Source: a phage. From it: DNA of 27,839 nt. The translations under genes and the position numbers were made by a program. Below the pieces are notes generated by a model. It saw nothing but the letters and a program-made list of their open reading frames with translations. It was not told the DNA's origin and did not search any database. Below, one piece after another: positions 7,232 to 14,855 of the stretch; within the stretch, counting starts at the first letter, position 1, and each line of letters begins with the position of its first letter. Location of the stretch: NCBI GenBank assembly GCA_023859445.1, contig GCA_023859445.1_4337.1; one strand, written 5' to 3'.

Positions 7232-7400
7232 ACCGGTAGTTATTGATGGCGTCCTGTGGAAACCATACTCGGTTAACCACATCGACGCCGACGGGAAGAA
7301 GTTTAGCTTCTACATTTTTGCAATTAGCCGTGAGCACGCCGCTTGCGTGGTTTCCGATATACGAGAAACGGCGTGGCTCGGTGATGAGATAGTGGGGTGA
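7218..7400 (+). CDS. Hypothetical small protein (60 aa)
   Basis: In-frame ATG 7218 within track ORF 7200-7400. Confidence 0.4.
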   Translation: MKAPEPVVIDGVLWKPYSVNHIDADGKKFSFYIFAISREHAACVVSDIRETAWLGDEIVG

Positions 7401-7404
7401 GAGT

Positions 7405-7488
7405 ATGAGTCTCGAGGTGGTTATCGGTCTGGTTGGTCTTAGTTACTTCGTTGGGCTGTTGGTTGGATTTCTGTGGGGTAGATACTAA
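7405..7488 (+). CDS. Tiny hydrophobic peptide (27 aa, single predicted TM)
   Basis: ATG 7405, SD GGTGAGAG upstream; encodes MSLEVVIGLVGLSYFVGLLVGFLWGRY; TAA 7486-7488 overlaps next ATG. Confidence 0.3.
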   Translation: MSLEVVIGLVGLSYFVGLLVGFLWGRY

Positions 7489-7658
7489 TGTTCAGCGACA
7501 TCAACGCGGCAATCGAAGAAGCAATCTGGCGTCGCTACAACGGCGAGCAGCAGCGGCACTTCTGCCTGGTACAACGCGGTAACATGATTGCTGTGGTACA
7601 GGACCGTGATAATAAATATCCGAATGCGATGTGGACAACGAGGAATTTTTTAGGATGA
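7488..7658 (+). CDS. Hypothetical small protein (56 aa)
   Basis: ATG 7488 (TAATG overlap); codons counted to TGA 7656-7658. Confidence 0.4.
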   Translation: MFSDINAAIEEAIWRRYNGEQQRHFCLVQRGNMIAVVQDRDNKYPNAMWTTRNFLG

Positions 7659-7891
7659 TTACCAGCATTCCGAACCTGATTAAAGAATTTGGCACGATGG
7701 CCGAGACATGCCGACAAACCGGCATCAACGAAATGACGATTGCGAAGTACAGCAAAGACGTCGATTGCGAGCGCCACGTAATTTATAACAATCGTCTGAT
7801 GACGCACGTTAAGACAAGCCCGGTGTTATTCACGCGCCGGGGTATTACTAAAACAGAGCAACGTATTGCTAAAGAGGGGAGTGGGGAATGA
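7655..7891 (+). CDS. Small putative DNA-binding protein (78 aa)
   Basis: ATG 7655 in frame with track ORF 7631-7891, ATGA overlap; helix-turn-helix-like segment CRQTGINEMTIAKYSKD. Confidence 0.45.
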   Translation: MITSIPNLIKEFGTMAETCRQTGINEMTIAKYSKDVDCERHVIYNNRLMTHVKTSPVLFTRRGITKTEQRIAKEGSGE

Positions 7892-8046
7892 TTAGTATTC
7901 TGGAGTTCATCGACAACCAAGTTTGGTACGAGCCAGAGTTAAATAAGTATTCAGTTAATGGGAAAATATTTCGGCGCAAAGGCCAGGCAGAGCGTTACGC
8001 AGCTAAACTATACCGTCAGCTTGTCAAGGATGGTTTCTTCAAATGA
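7888..8046 (+). CDS. Hypothetical small protein (52 aa)
   Basis: ATG 7888 (ATGA overlap); codons counted to TGA 8044-8046. Confidence 0.4.
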   Translation: MISILEFIDNQVWYEPELNKYSVNGKIFRRKGQAERYAAKLYRQLVKDGFFK

Positions 8047-8144
8047 GACTACTAATCATCCCTAACGCCTGGGCCATTCCCGTAGCTAACGACCATTACG
8101 GCGGCGATGGTAAAAGAGCACCACGCCACGGCCCATACAACTGA
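8043..8144 (+). CDS. Hypothetical tiny protein (33 aa)
   Basis: ATG 8043 (ATGA overlap); ends TGA 8142-8144 just before a terminator hairpin. Confidence 0.3.
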   Translation: MRLLIIPNAWAIPVANDHYGGDGKRAPRHGPYN

Positions 8145-8148
8145 TACA

Positions 8149-8169
8149 AGCCCTCTACCGAGGGCTTTT
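8149..8169 (+). terminator. Intrinsic terminator-like hairpin ending the small-ORF block
   Basis: Stem AGCCCTC/GAGGGCT (8149-8155 / 8160-8166), loop TACC, then TTT. Confidence 0.5.
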
Positions 8170-8206
8170 CTGTACATCCTGCCCAATCACCCTATATAAT
8201 CCCTTT

Positions 8207-8248
8207 AGACGCGTAGGGCGCGTCTGGTGCGCTCTGATGGTCAGACGC
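8207..8248. promoter_or_regulatory. Cluster of three AGACGCG/CGCGTCT elements in alternating orientation upstream of terS
   Basis: AGACGCG 8207-8213, CGCGTCT 8219-8225 (perfect 7-bp IR, 5-nt loop), CAGACGC 8242-8248; possible -10 TATAAT at 8195-8200 just upstream. Confidence 0.4.
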
Positions 8249-8265
8249 ATATGCAAGGGGATTAT

Positions 8266-8814
8266 ATGAAGCTGAAACTCAAGCAGCCATCGCCAGAGGT
8301 GGTGCAAGCTGCGCATGAAGAAGCTGTTAGCGCAAACCGTCGCCGTAAACGACCGCGCGGTAAACAGAGCCTTTATCAATCGTCCCGTAATTCCGCCGCG
8401 TTGTGGGACCCGGACTATTGCGACGAATTAATTCGTTTCTTCGACCGCACGTCATGGGAGGCTATGCCGACAGGAGCGCACGGAGACTACAAAGCAGTCA
8501 TTGCGGATAAACCACCATCACTGGCTCGCTTCGCCTTACACATCGGTGTAACTATCCCGATTATTAAGCTGTGGCTGCGTGAGATTCCCGCATTTGCAGA
8601 AGCCTATGAAACAGCACAGGCGCTGGAAGAGGCATATTTCACTGAGACAGGGGCCGCGGGCATCTCTGCTACGTTCTCCGCAGCTAAACTGGGCCTCGGT
8701 AAAGAGAAACCAGTCGAATCCACCGAAGAAACGGCACCGACTGAGATTATTTTTAGTGTTGCAGAGCCTGTAGGTAAAATTGTAACAACGAATATGGGTG
8801 AGGTAGAGGAATGA
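8266..8814 (+). CDS. Terminase small subunit (putative), 182 aa
   Basis: ATG 8266 with SD AAGGGGA; immediately upstream of and overlapping the large subunit; basic N-terminal region; assignment by position. Confidence 0.6.
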   Translation: MKLKLKQPSPEVVQAAHEEAVSANRRRKRPRGKQSLYQSSRNSAALWDPDYCDELIRFFDRTSWEAMPTGAHGDYKAVIADKPPSLARFALHIGVTIPIIKLWLREIPAFAEAYETAQALEEAYFTETGAAGISATFSAAKLGLGKEKPVESTEETAPTEIIFSVAEPVGKIVTTNMGEVEE

Positions 8815-10061
8815 GTATTCAGCTATCCGCACCGCAGGCACTGTTCCTGAATTGCGATAACAAATACAAAGCCTATGTCGGCGGCTTCGGCAGCGGAAAG
8901 ACATTTGTTGGCTGCCTTGACCTGCTTACGTTTATGCTCAAGCATCCAGGTACGCGCCTGGGTTACTTCGGCCCGACATACCCGGCTATCCGTGACATCT
9001 TCTACCCGACATTTGAGGAAGCCGCTAACCTGCTCGGCCTCGATGTGCTGGTTAAATCTGGCGACAAAGAAGTCGTGGTTACTCGCGGTAAGACGGTGCT
9101 CGGTACAGTTATCTGCCGTTCTATGGATAACCCAGGCTCGATAGTCGGCTTCAAAATCGCTGCTGCGGTCGTGGATGAGCTTGATGTATTGAGCCGTGAG
9201 AAAGCTGAGCTGGCGTGGAACAAAATAGTCGCCCGTATGCGTCTGGTTATCCCCGGCGTAACTAACCACATCTCTGTCACCACGACACCGGAAGGGTTCA
9301 AGTTCGTCTACGCCAAGTTCAAAGAGAACCCGACGCCGAGTTACTCGATGGTGCAGGCTTCTACACACGAGAACGCGCGATTCCTGCCGCCTGACTACAT
9401 TAGCTCACTGACCGAGACTTACCCCGCGCAACTGATTAACGCGTACCTGAACGGTGAGTTCGTTAACCTGACATCCGGCAGCGTGTATTATGCGTATGAC
9501 CGTCGCAAGCACCGCAGCAAAGAGACAATTCAACCGGGCGATACACTGTACATCGGGCAGGACTTCAACGTTACGAAGAACGCCAGCGCCGTGTATGTGC
9601 AACGTAAAGACGGCTGGCACGCGGTGGCAGAACTGAAAGGTCTGTTTGATACGCCGGACACCGTGCGTGTAATTACTGAGAAGTGGAAGTCGCAGGGCCA
9701 CCGCATAGTCGTTTACCCGGACGCCAGCGGCAAGAACCGCAAGACCAACTCGGCGTCAATCTCAGATATTGCGTTACTCCAGCAGGCCGGTTTCGATGTT
9801 CGCGCTAAATCCGCCAACCCTCCGGTTAAAGACCGTGTTTTAGCCGTGAATACCGCACTGGAAAAAGGTAAGCTGTGGGTTAATGACCACTTATGCCCCG
9901 AGATAGCGAAGACGCTGGAGCAGCAGGCATACGATGATAACGGAGAGCCAGCTAAAGACGGCATCATTGACCATATGGCGGATGCTCTCGGCTATCCTGT
10001 AGTTTACGAGATGCCGGTGGTTAAACCAGTAATCAACATCCCGGTGACTTTCGCACTTTAA
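8811..10061 (+). CDS. Terminase large subunit (416 aa)
   Basis: ORF track; Walker A GGFGSGKT near the N-terminus; ATGA overlap with upstream gene; followed by portal. Confidence 0.85.
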   Translation: MSIQLSAPQALFLNCDNKYKAYVGGFGSGKTFVGCLDLLTFMLKHPGTRLGYFGPTYPAIRDIFYPTFEEAANLLGLDVLVKSGDKEVVVTRGKTVLGTVICRSMDNPGSIVGFKIAAAVVDELDVLSREKAELAWNKIVARMRLVIPGVTNHISVTTTPEGFKFVYAKFKENPTPSYSMVQASTHENARFLPPDYISSLTETYPAQLINAYLNGEFVNLTSGSVYYAYDRRKHRSKETIQPGDTLYIGQDFNVTKNASAVYVQRKDGWHAVAELKGLFDTPDTVRVITEKWKSQGHRIVVYPDASGKNRKTNSASISDIALLQQAGFDVRAKSANPPVKDRVLAVNTALEKGKLWVNDHLCPEIAKTLEQQAYDDNGEPAKDGIIDHMADALGYPVVYEMPVVKPVINIPVTFAL

Positions 10062-10072
10062 GAGGACAACAA

Positions 10073-11566
10073 ATGGTTTCCGCAAACATTAACGCAGGGC
10101 AAGGGCAGAACGTTAAAACCCGCCACCGCCAGTACGAAGAGTATTTCCCTAAGTGGCAGAAGGTGCGACATGCGCTTTCTGGCGACCTGACATCGTATCT
10201 ACGTGACGTCAGTAAGAACGAGCCGGACCCGGTTTACGGTCGCCAGCGTCAGGCTGAATACGAAGCGGGGGCAATTTGCTACAACTTCACCAAGCGAACG
10301 CTTTCAGGCATGGTCGGCAGCGTAATGCGCAAAGACCCCGAGATGATTATTCCGTCTCAGATGGAATACCTGACCACTAACTGTGACGGGTCGGGCGTTG
10401 GCCTGTGGCAGCACGCACAGGATACTCTGTATGAGATTGATGCTGTTGGTCGCGGTGGTTTGCTGGTTGACGCCCCCGCGGTAGAAGTAGCTACCATGGC
10501 AGAGCAAAACGAGGGTTTACTAAACCCAACAATCGCTTTCTACACCGCAGAGAATATCATCAACTGGCGTCTCCAGCGCGTCGGGTCTGTTAATCGTGTG
10601 GTTATGGTTGTATTGCGTGAGGAATACGAGTACACCGATGGCGCGGATGAGTTCAGCCCCAACTACGGCGAGCAATACCGAGTCCTTGATATTTTCGAAG
10701 GCCAGTATCGCCAGCGTCTGTACCGCTTTAACCAGAAAGGTGCACTGACGGAAGGTGGCTATATCGAAATATTCCCGAAACTCGGTAATATTCCGGTCGG
10801 GGTGATTCCGTTCACGTTCATCGGCGCGGGAAATAACGACTCAACCCCTGACGATGCACCTTTGCTGCCGTTGGCTGAACTTAATATCGGGCACTTCCGC
10901 AACAGCGCGGACAATGAGGAGTCCAGCTTCGTCGTAGGCCAGCCTACTCTGTTCATCGCCCCCGGTGAGAACATGAGCATGGGACAATGGAAAGAAGCCA
11001 ACCCTCACGGAGTGCGTATGGGGTCACGTTCTGGCCATAACATCGGTTACGGCGGCAATGCGTTTCTGGTCCAGGCCGGTGAGAACAACCTAGCCAAGCA
11101 GAACATGTTGGATAAAGAGAACCAGGCAATCCAGATTGGTGCACAGCTTATTACCCCGACGCAGCAAATCACCGCGGAATCGGCACGCCTGCAACGCGGC
11201 GCTGATACGTCCGTTATGGCAACAATCGCACGTAACGTAAGCATGGCGTATACCGATGCGCTGAAATGGGTTGCAGGCATGCTTGGGCTTAGTGACGGTA
11301 CTGAGATTGAGTTTAAGCTGAATATGGAGTTCTTCCTGCAACCGATGACCGCTCAGGACCGTGCGCAGTGGATGGCTGATATAAACGCAGGCCTGTTACC
11401 AGCGACCGCTTACTATGCTGCATTGCGCAAGGCGGGTGTAACTGACTGGACGGACGAGGACATTCAGAATGCTATCGAGGACGCACCTCTGCCGATTGGT
11501 GCGGTTACTCAGGTAGCGGGGGAGATTCCGCAGTCGGCGCAGCAAAAAGACCCCACCCAGCAGTAA
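10073..11566 (+). CDS. Portal protein (497 aa)
   Basis: ORF track; SD AAGAGGA; size and position between terminase and head morphogenesis gene. Confidence 0.75.
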   Translation: MVSANINAGQGQNVKTRHRQYEEYFPKWQKVRHALSGDLTSYLRDVSKNEPDPVYGRQRQAEYEAGAICYNFTKRTLSGMVGSVMRKDPEMIIPSQMEYLTTNCDGSGVGLWQHAQDTLYEIDAVGRGGLLVDAPAVEVATMAEQNEGLLNPTIAFYTAENIINWRLQRVGSVNRVVMVVLREEYEYTDGADEFSPNYGEQYRVLDIFEGQYRQRLYRFNQKGALTEGGYIEIFPKLGNIPVGVIPFTFIGAGNNDSTPDDAPLLPLAELNIGHFRNSADNEESSFVVGQPTLFIAPGENMSMGQWKEANPHGVRMGSRSGHNIGYGGNAFLVQAGENNLAKQNMLDKENQAIQIGAQLITPTQQITAESARLQRGADTSVMATIARNVSMAYTDALKWVAGMLGLSDGTEIEFKLNMEFFLQPMTAQDRAQWMADINAGLLPATAYYAALRKAGVTDWTDEDIQNAIEDAPLPIGAVTQVAGEIPQSAQQKDPTQQ

Positions 11567-11576
11567 GTTCACATAT

Positions 11577-11597
11577 AGCCCCGAAAGGGGCTTTCTT
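11577..11597 (+). terminator. Weak terminator-like hairpin after portal
   Basis: Stem AGCCCC/GGGGCT, GAAA loop, then TTCTTAT; overlaps start region of next gene so probably leaky. Confidence 0.35.
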
Positions 11598-11602
11598 ATA
11601 GT

Positions 11603-12679
11603 ATGCTATTAACTTTAGCGCCACAGGGTTTATCTATGAGCTTACTTACATCACTAATCAGCCACCAGATATGGCTGCAACGCACCGCATCCGGTGAGGT
11701 GAAAGACCTCGCGCCGTTCATTAAGGAGATGCGGGACGAAATCAAACGGCAGGTGCTGCTATTCGGCGACGACGGTCGCAGCACTGCGCGACTGAATAAA
11801 CTGTTACGTGACCTTGAAGAAGTACTGACAGGACTTACTGGTGACTGGCAAACAAAGCTGGCAGAAGACCTCAAGGAACTGGCGGTGTATGAAGCTGAGT
11901 GGAACGTAAAGACCCTGACCGCCAACGTAGATGCGGAATTTGTTACGCCCACCGCCGAACAGGTGTGGGCCGCTGCTGAGTTTCAGCCATTATCATTGAG
12001 TGGCAAGCCAGTTGATTTCACTAAACTGATGTCAGGTTGGGGTGAAACGGAAGTAGCACGTCTTGTAACCGGCGTTAAGATGGGCTTTGTACAAGGTCAA
12101 ACAACACGGCAGATTGTTAAGAATGTAGTAGGCGCCGGTGGGCTGGCTGACATCTCTGAGCGTAACGCCGCTACCGTCATCCGCACCGCGCTGTCTCACG
12201 TGTCCAACGAAGCCCGTAACGAGACGTACCGCCAGAACGACGACATCATAGAGAAGTACGAGTGGGTGTCAACGCTTGACAGCCGCACCAGTACGATTTG
12301 CAGGGTCAGAGACGGGATGACGTGGGAAATTGGTAAGGGGCCGATGCCCCCTGCCCATCCGAACTGCCGGTCGTGCACGGCTCCGGTAATCAGTTCCGAG
12401 TTCGACTTCCTCGATAAAGGCGCAAAACGCGCGGCTAAAGGCGCGGAAGGTGGCACTCAGGTAAGCGTAGACACCACTTACTACGAGTTCCTTAAACAAC
12501 AACCGGCGTGGTTTCAGGACCAGGCGCTCGGCCCGGTGCGAGGTAAGATTTTCCGTAACAGCGGTATATCGCCGGAAGAGTTTCGCGTAATATCTGTAGA
12601 TGGTTTCGGGAATCCGCTCACGCTTAAGCAGATGGCGGAACTCGATAAACGTGTTGCTGATTATCTGAAAGGGGAATAA
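11603..12679 (+). CDS. Head morphogenesis protein (SPP1 gp7 / Mu F-like minor head protein)
   Basis: ORF track; motif region DSRTSTICRVRDGMTWEIGKGPMPPAHPNCRSC characteristic of this family (from memory); alternative start ATG 11636. Confidence 0.8.
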   Translation: MLLTLAPQGLSMSLLTSLISHQIWLQRTASGEVKDLAPFIKEMRDEIKRQVLLFGDDGRSTARLNKLLRDLEEVLTGLTGDWQTKLAEDLKELAVYEAEWNVKTLTANVDAEFVTPTAEQVWAAAEFQPLSLSGKPVDFTKLMSGWGETEVARLVTGVKMGFVQGQTTRQIVKNVVGAGGLADISERNAATVIRTALSHVSNEARNETYRQNDDIIEKYEWVSTLDSRTSTICRVRDGMTWEIGKGPMPPAHPNCRSCTAPVISSEFDFLDKGAKRAAKGAEGGTQVSVDTTYYEFLKQQPAWFQDQALGPVRGKIFRNSGISPEEFRVISVDGFGNPLTLKQMAELDKRVADYLKGE

Positions 12680-13140
12680 TGATGGGCTTTTTCAAAGTAA
12701 CTGACGTACCGTCTCGTCGCGTAGTCCAGTACGCCCGCGTGTCTGGCTCTGGAGAGAACGTGGTGTTTATTGATGATGAAAGTGTACTCGGTACACCCGA
12801 AGACGATATGCCGTTTGCAGATAAAACCGGTATTGCGTTACCCGCGGCGGGCATGCTTTATGAAATTCCGTATCTGGCGGATGCAGGTGACGTGTATTTC
12901 TCGGTGCAACCGAAAGACACCGAGCTGGTCGACGGTAGCGCCACCATCACCGTCGAAGTTAAGGCGGGTAAAGCGCCGTGTGTACTGACCTGGTACAAAG
13001 ACGGTAAGGAAGTGGTAAACGCCCCGGAAGAGGCTTTGTCTCTAACGGTTAATGCAGTTGGCGAATACTTTGTTAAAGTTACTGATGCCGATGGTGTAGA
13101 GGCCGTAAGCAAAGCGGCGAAGGTTACTAAGCCAGAATGA
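12679..13140 (+). CDS. Hypothetical protein with C-terminal Ig-like (beta-sandwich) segment, 153 aa
   Basis: ORF track; C-terminal pattern TITVEVKAGKAPCVLTWYKDGKEV...GEYFVKVTDADG resembles Ig-like/BIG domains; possibly virion decoration. Confidence 0.45.
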   Translation: MMGFFKVTDVPSRRVVQYARVSGSGENVVFIDDESVLGTPEDDMPFADKTGIALPAAGMLYEIPYLADAGDVYFSVQPKDTELVDGSATITVEVKAGKAPCVLTWYKDGKEVVNAPEEALSLTVNAVGEYFVKVTDADGVEAVSKAAKVTKPE

Positions 13141-13144
13141 TAAA

Positions 13145-13169
13145 AGGCCCCTTTCGGGGCCTTATTTTT
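13145..13169. terminator. Bidirectional intrinsic terminator
   Basis: Stem AGGCCCC/GGGGCCT, loop TTTC, flanked by AAAA upstream and TTATTTTT downstream; lies between convergent genes ending at 13140 (+) and 13172 (-). Confidence 0.75.
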
Positions 13170-13171
13170 CA

Positions 13172-13273
13172 TCAAAGTTCACCATTCCCGCTATCTGCGT
13201 CCTCGACCCCGCTAACAGCCCACACAAACAATCCTAAATTAACCAGTAACACAAATGAAATTGCTACCATCAT
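13172..13273 (-). CDS. Small single-pass membrane peptide (33 aa: MMVAISFVLLVNLGLFVWAVSGVEDADSGNGEL)
   Basis: Minus-strand ATGATG at 13273/13270, SD GGAGG 5 nt upstream, own copy of the conserved promoter upstream and the bidirectional terminator downstream; hydrophobic core with acidic tail. Confidence 0.5.
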   Translation of the reverse strand: MMVAISFVLLVNLGLFVWAVSGVEDADSGNGEL

Positions 13274-13298
13274 AACCACCTCCACTATACGTTTACTT

Positions 13299-13328
13299 AA
13301 TAGTACCCTATTATGTTGGTGTCTGCAA
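13299..13328 (-). promoter_or_regulatory. Conserved phage promoter, copy 3 (TTGCAG-N17-TACTAT, minus strand)
   Basis: -35 complement of 13323-13328, -10 complement of 13300-13305; palindrome AATAGTACCCTATT at 13299-13312. Confidence 0.5.
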
Positions 13329-13342
13329 ACTATTTGTTTACG

Positions 13343-13394
13343 TATTCCAGTTATTCCACTCAATTGTAAATGTTGGAATAAGCTATTCGAATAG
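13343..13394. promoter_or_regulatory. Operator-like array of TATTCCA/TGGAATA half-sites plus 12-bp palindrome CTATTCGAATAG
   Basis: TATTCCA 13343-13349 and 13352-13358, TGGAATA 13374-13380 (8-bp IR with 15-nt spacer), palindrome 13383-13394; lies between divergent promoters. Confidence 0.4.
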
Positions 13395-13423
13395 TTGACT
13401 TTTCACCAAAAATGTGCTAAGCT
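13395..13423 (+). promoter_or_regulatory. Candidate sigma70 promoter with extended -10 (TTGACT-17-TGcTAAGCT)
   Basis: -35 13395-13400, TG 13415-13416, -10 TAAGCT 13418-13423. Confidence 0.45.
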
Positions 13424-13603
13424 CCACCTGAGCTTGTGAAGTATGAACAAGCGACCGCGGCGCGGGCAGGTAACGGAGCGGGACGTAAGTCCTGAGTGTA
13501 GTTACGCTGACGCGTTCGGAAGGGCAATACTCTATTGCTTGTGTAAAAAGTAACTGGTTTACTGAGATTACGCCGTTTCTATGTTTAAATGATAAGGACT
13601 AGC

Positions 13604-13630
13604 GCCCCGCTTTAAGGCGGGGCTTTACTT
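13604..13630 (+). terminator. GC-rich hairpin with weak T-tract just upstream of Rz
   Basis: Stem GCCCCGC/GCGGGGC (13604-13610 / 13617-13623), loop TTTAAG, then TTTACTT. Confidence 0.35.
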
Positions 13631-13647
13631 ATCGAGAAAGGGGAAAC

Positions 13648-14034
13648 ATGAATCTTAAAGCAACTGTCGTAGCGGGAGCATGTTTCATCATCCTGGCTTA
13701 CGCACACGGCATCTACCAGTATCGCAGCGGCTGGAACGGAGGCCGGGCGAATCTCGTTTCGCAGCAACAGCAGAAAGCACAGGCTGAGCTTGTGAAGAAA
13801 ACACAACGGCAGCAGCAGGATGAATCAAAGGCCGCAGCCGCCGATAACGAAGGCAAGACGAAATCAGAGGTGATCACCCGTGAAGTCGTTAAGTACATTA
13901 AAACGCCTGGCCGCAGCGTGTGCACTTTTGACCCTGAGCGCGTGCAGCTCAAGTCCCGCGCCGTCGCAAACGCCAATTCCATCCCCGGATACGACGATGA
14001 TGCAGCCGCCGTGCAAACTGGCACTGCCAAGTAA
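13648..14034 (+). CDS. Rz: Inner-membrane spanin (Rz-like i-spanin), 128 aa
   Basis: ORF track; N-terminal TM segment, then Gln/Lys/Glu-rich predicted coiled coil; contains an embedded lipoprotein gene in the +1 frame. Confidence 0.7.
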   Translation: MNLKATVVAGACFIILAYAHGIYQYRSGWNGGRANLVSQQQQKAQAELVKKTQRQQQDESKAAAADNEGKTKSEVITREVVKYIKTPGRSVCTFDPERVQLKSRAVANANSIPGYDDDAAAVQTGTAK

Positions 14035-14143
14035 CGACGCGGACGAGGATTTAGCTATTGACGTCCAGAACGCAGAATGTGTACGGCAACTGAGACTTAA
14101 AGTGTTCATGTTGCAGGATTACGTGAGGAATATTCTGGAATAG
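13880..14143 (+). CDS. Rz1: Outer-membrane lipoprotein spanin (Rz1-like o-spanin), 87 aa
   Basis: ORF track (GTG start, SD AGAGGTGA); signal peptide with lipobox LSAC followed by Pro-rich mature region; starts inside Rz in the +1 frame and extends 109 nt past the Rz stop. Confidence 0.7.
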   Translation: MKSLSTLKRLAAACALLTLSACSSSPAPSQTPIPSPDTTMMQPPCKLALPSNDADEDLAIDVQNAECVRQLRLKVFMLQDYVRNILE

Positions 14144-14222
14144 TTGCCTTGTATGTTGGAATAATTTATTCTTGACATGTAAATCCGGGTGGCCCGGATT
14201 CCAACGTCCAGGGGACATACTG

Positions 14223-14849
14223 ATGAGCGAAGAAGTGAAAGACGAAACTATCGAACAACAAGAGACTAAGACCACGTTTACCAAAGAAGAAGTTGACGCG
14301 CTGGTATCCGGTCTTAAAGCTAACAACGAGAAGCTCTTGTCTGAAAAGAAAGCTGCTGCCGCTGCTGCGAAAGAAGCCGCAGATGCGAAGCTGAAAGCCG
14401 AACAGGAACGCGCAAAACAGAACGGCGAACTTGAGGCATTCGAGAAAACGTTGCGCAGTCAGTATGAGCCAGTACTCGCCGAGAAAGACGGTAAGATTAG
14501 CAAAATGGCTGAGCGTATCCTCGGCGCAGAACGTAAATCAGTTATCAGCCAGTTGTCTGGCATGTTGATTGATGAGAGCGCAGCGGATATTATCGCTATG
14601 ATGGTCAAGACCGAGTTCGACGGCGATGACGTTGTGACCAAGTTCACAGGTGCAGATGGTAATGTCATCACCACCGACGCAGAGCAATTTAAAAAGTATC
14701 TGCGTGAGCACAAAGCATTTTCGCATCTGATTAAAGCAGATGCAGCAACCGGCGGCGGGGCTTCCGGTAACAAAAATTCTACTGGCGGGGCCGGTGGTAC
14801 GGACGTAATTCAACAAAAACTTAACGCCAAATACGGCAAACGAGGATAA
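14223..14849 (+). CDS. Scaffolding protein (putative), 208 aa
   Basis: ATG 14223 (SD AGGGGA) in frame with track ORF 14172-14849; acidic, Ala/Lys/Glu-rich helical sequence; immediately upstream of major capsid gene. Confidence 0.6.
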   Translation: MSEEVKDETIEQQETKTTFTKEEVDALVSGLKANNEKLLSEKKAAAAAAKEAADAKLKAEQERAKQNGELEAFEKTLRSQYEPVLAEKDGKISKMAERILGAERKSVISQLSGMLIDESAADIIAMMVKTEFDGDDVVTKFTGADGNVITTDAEQFKKYLREHKAFSHLIKADAATGGGASGNKNSTGGAGGTDVIQQKLNAKYGKRG

Positions 14850-14855
14850 GAGATT

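Noticed and set aside
8823-9368. Minus-strand ORFs inside the terminase large subunit gene (8823-9368, 9002-9301, 9405-9701, 9713-9967)
   Set aside because: Embedded antisense in a well-supported gene; no start signals.
14172-14222. TTG start at 14172 for the scaffold gene and TTGACA 14172-14177 as a sigma70 -35
   Set aside because: The 17-codon N-terminal extension is implausible and crosses a hairpin; ATG 14223 has a proper SD. No acceptable -10 lies 16-18 nt downstream of the TTGACA.
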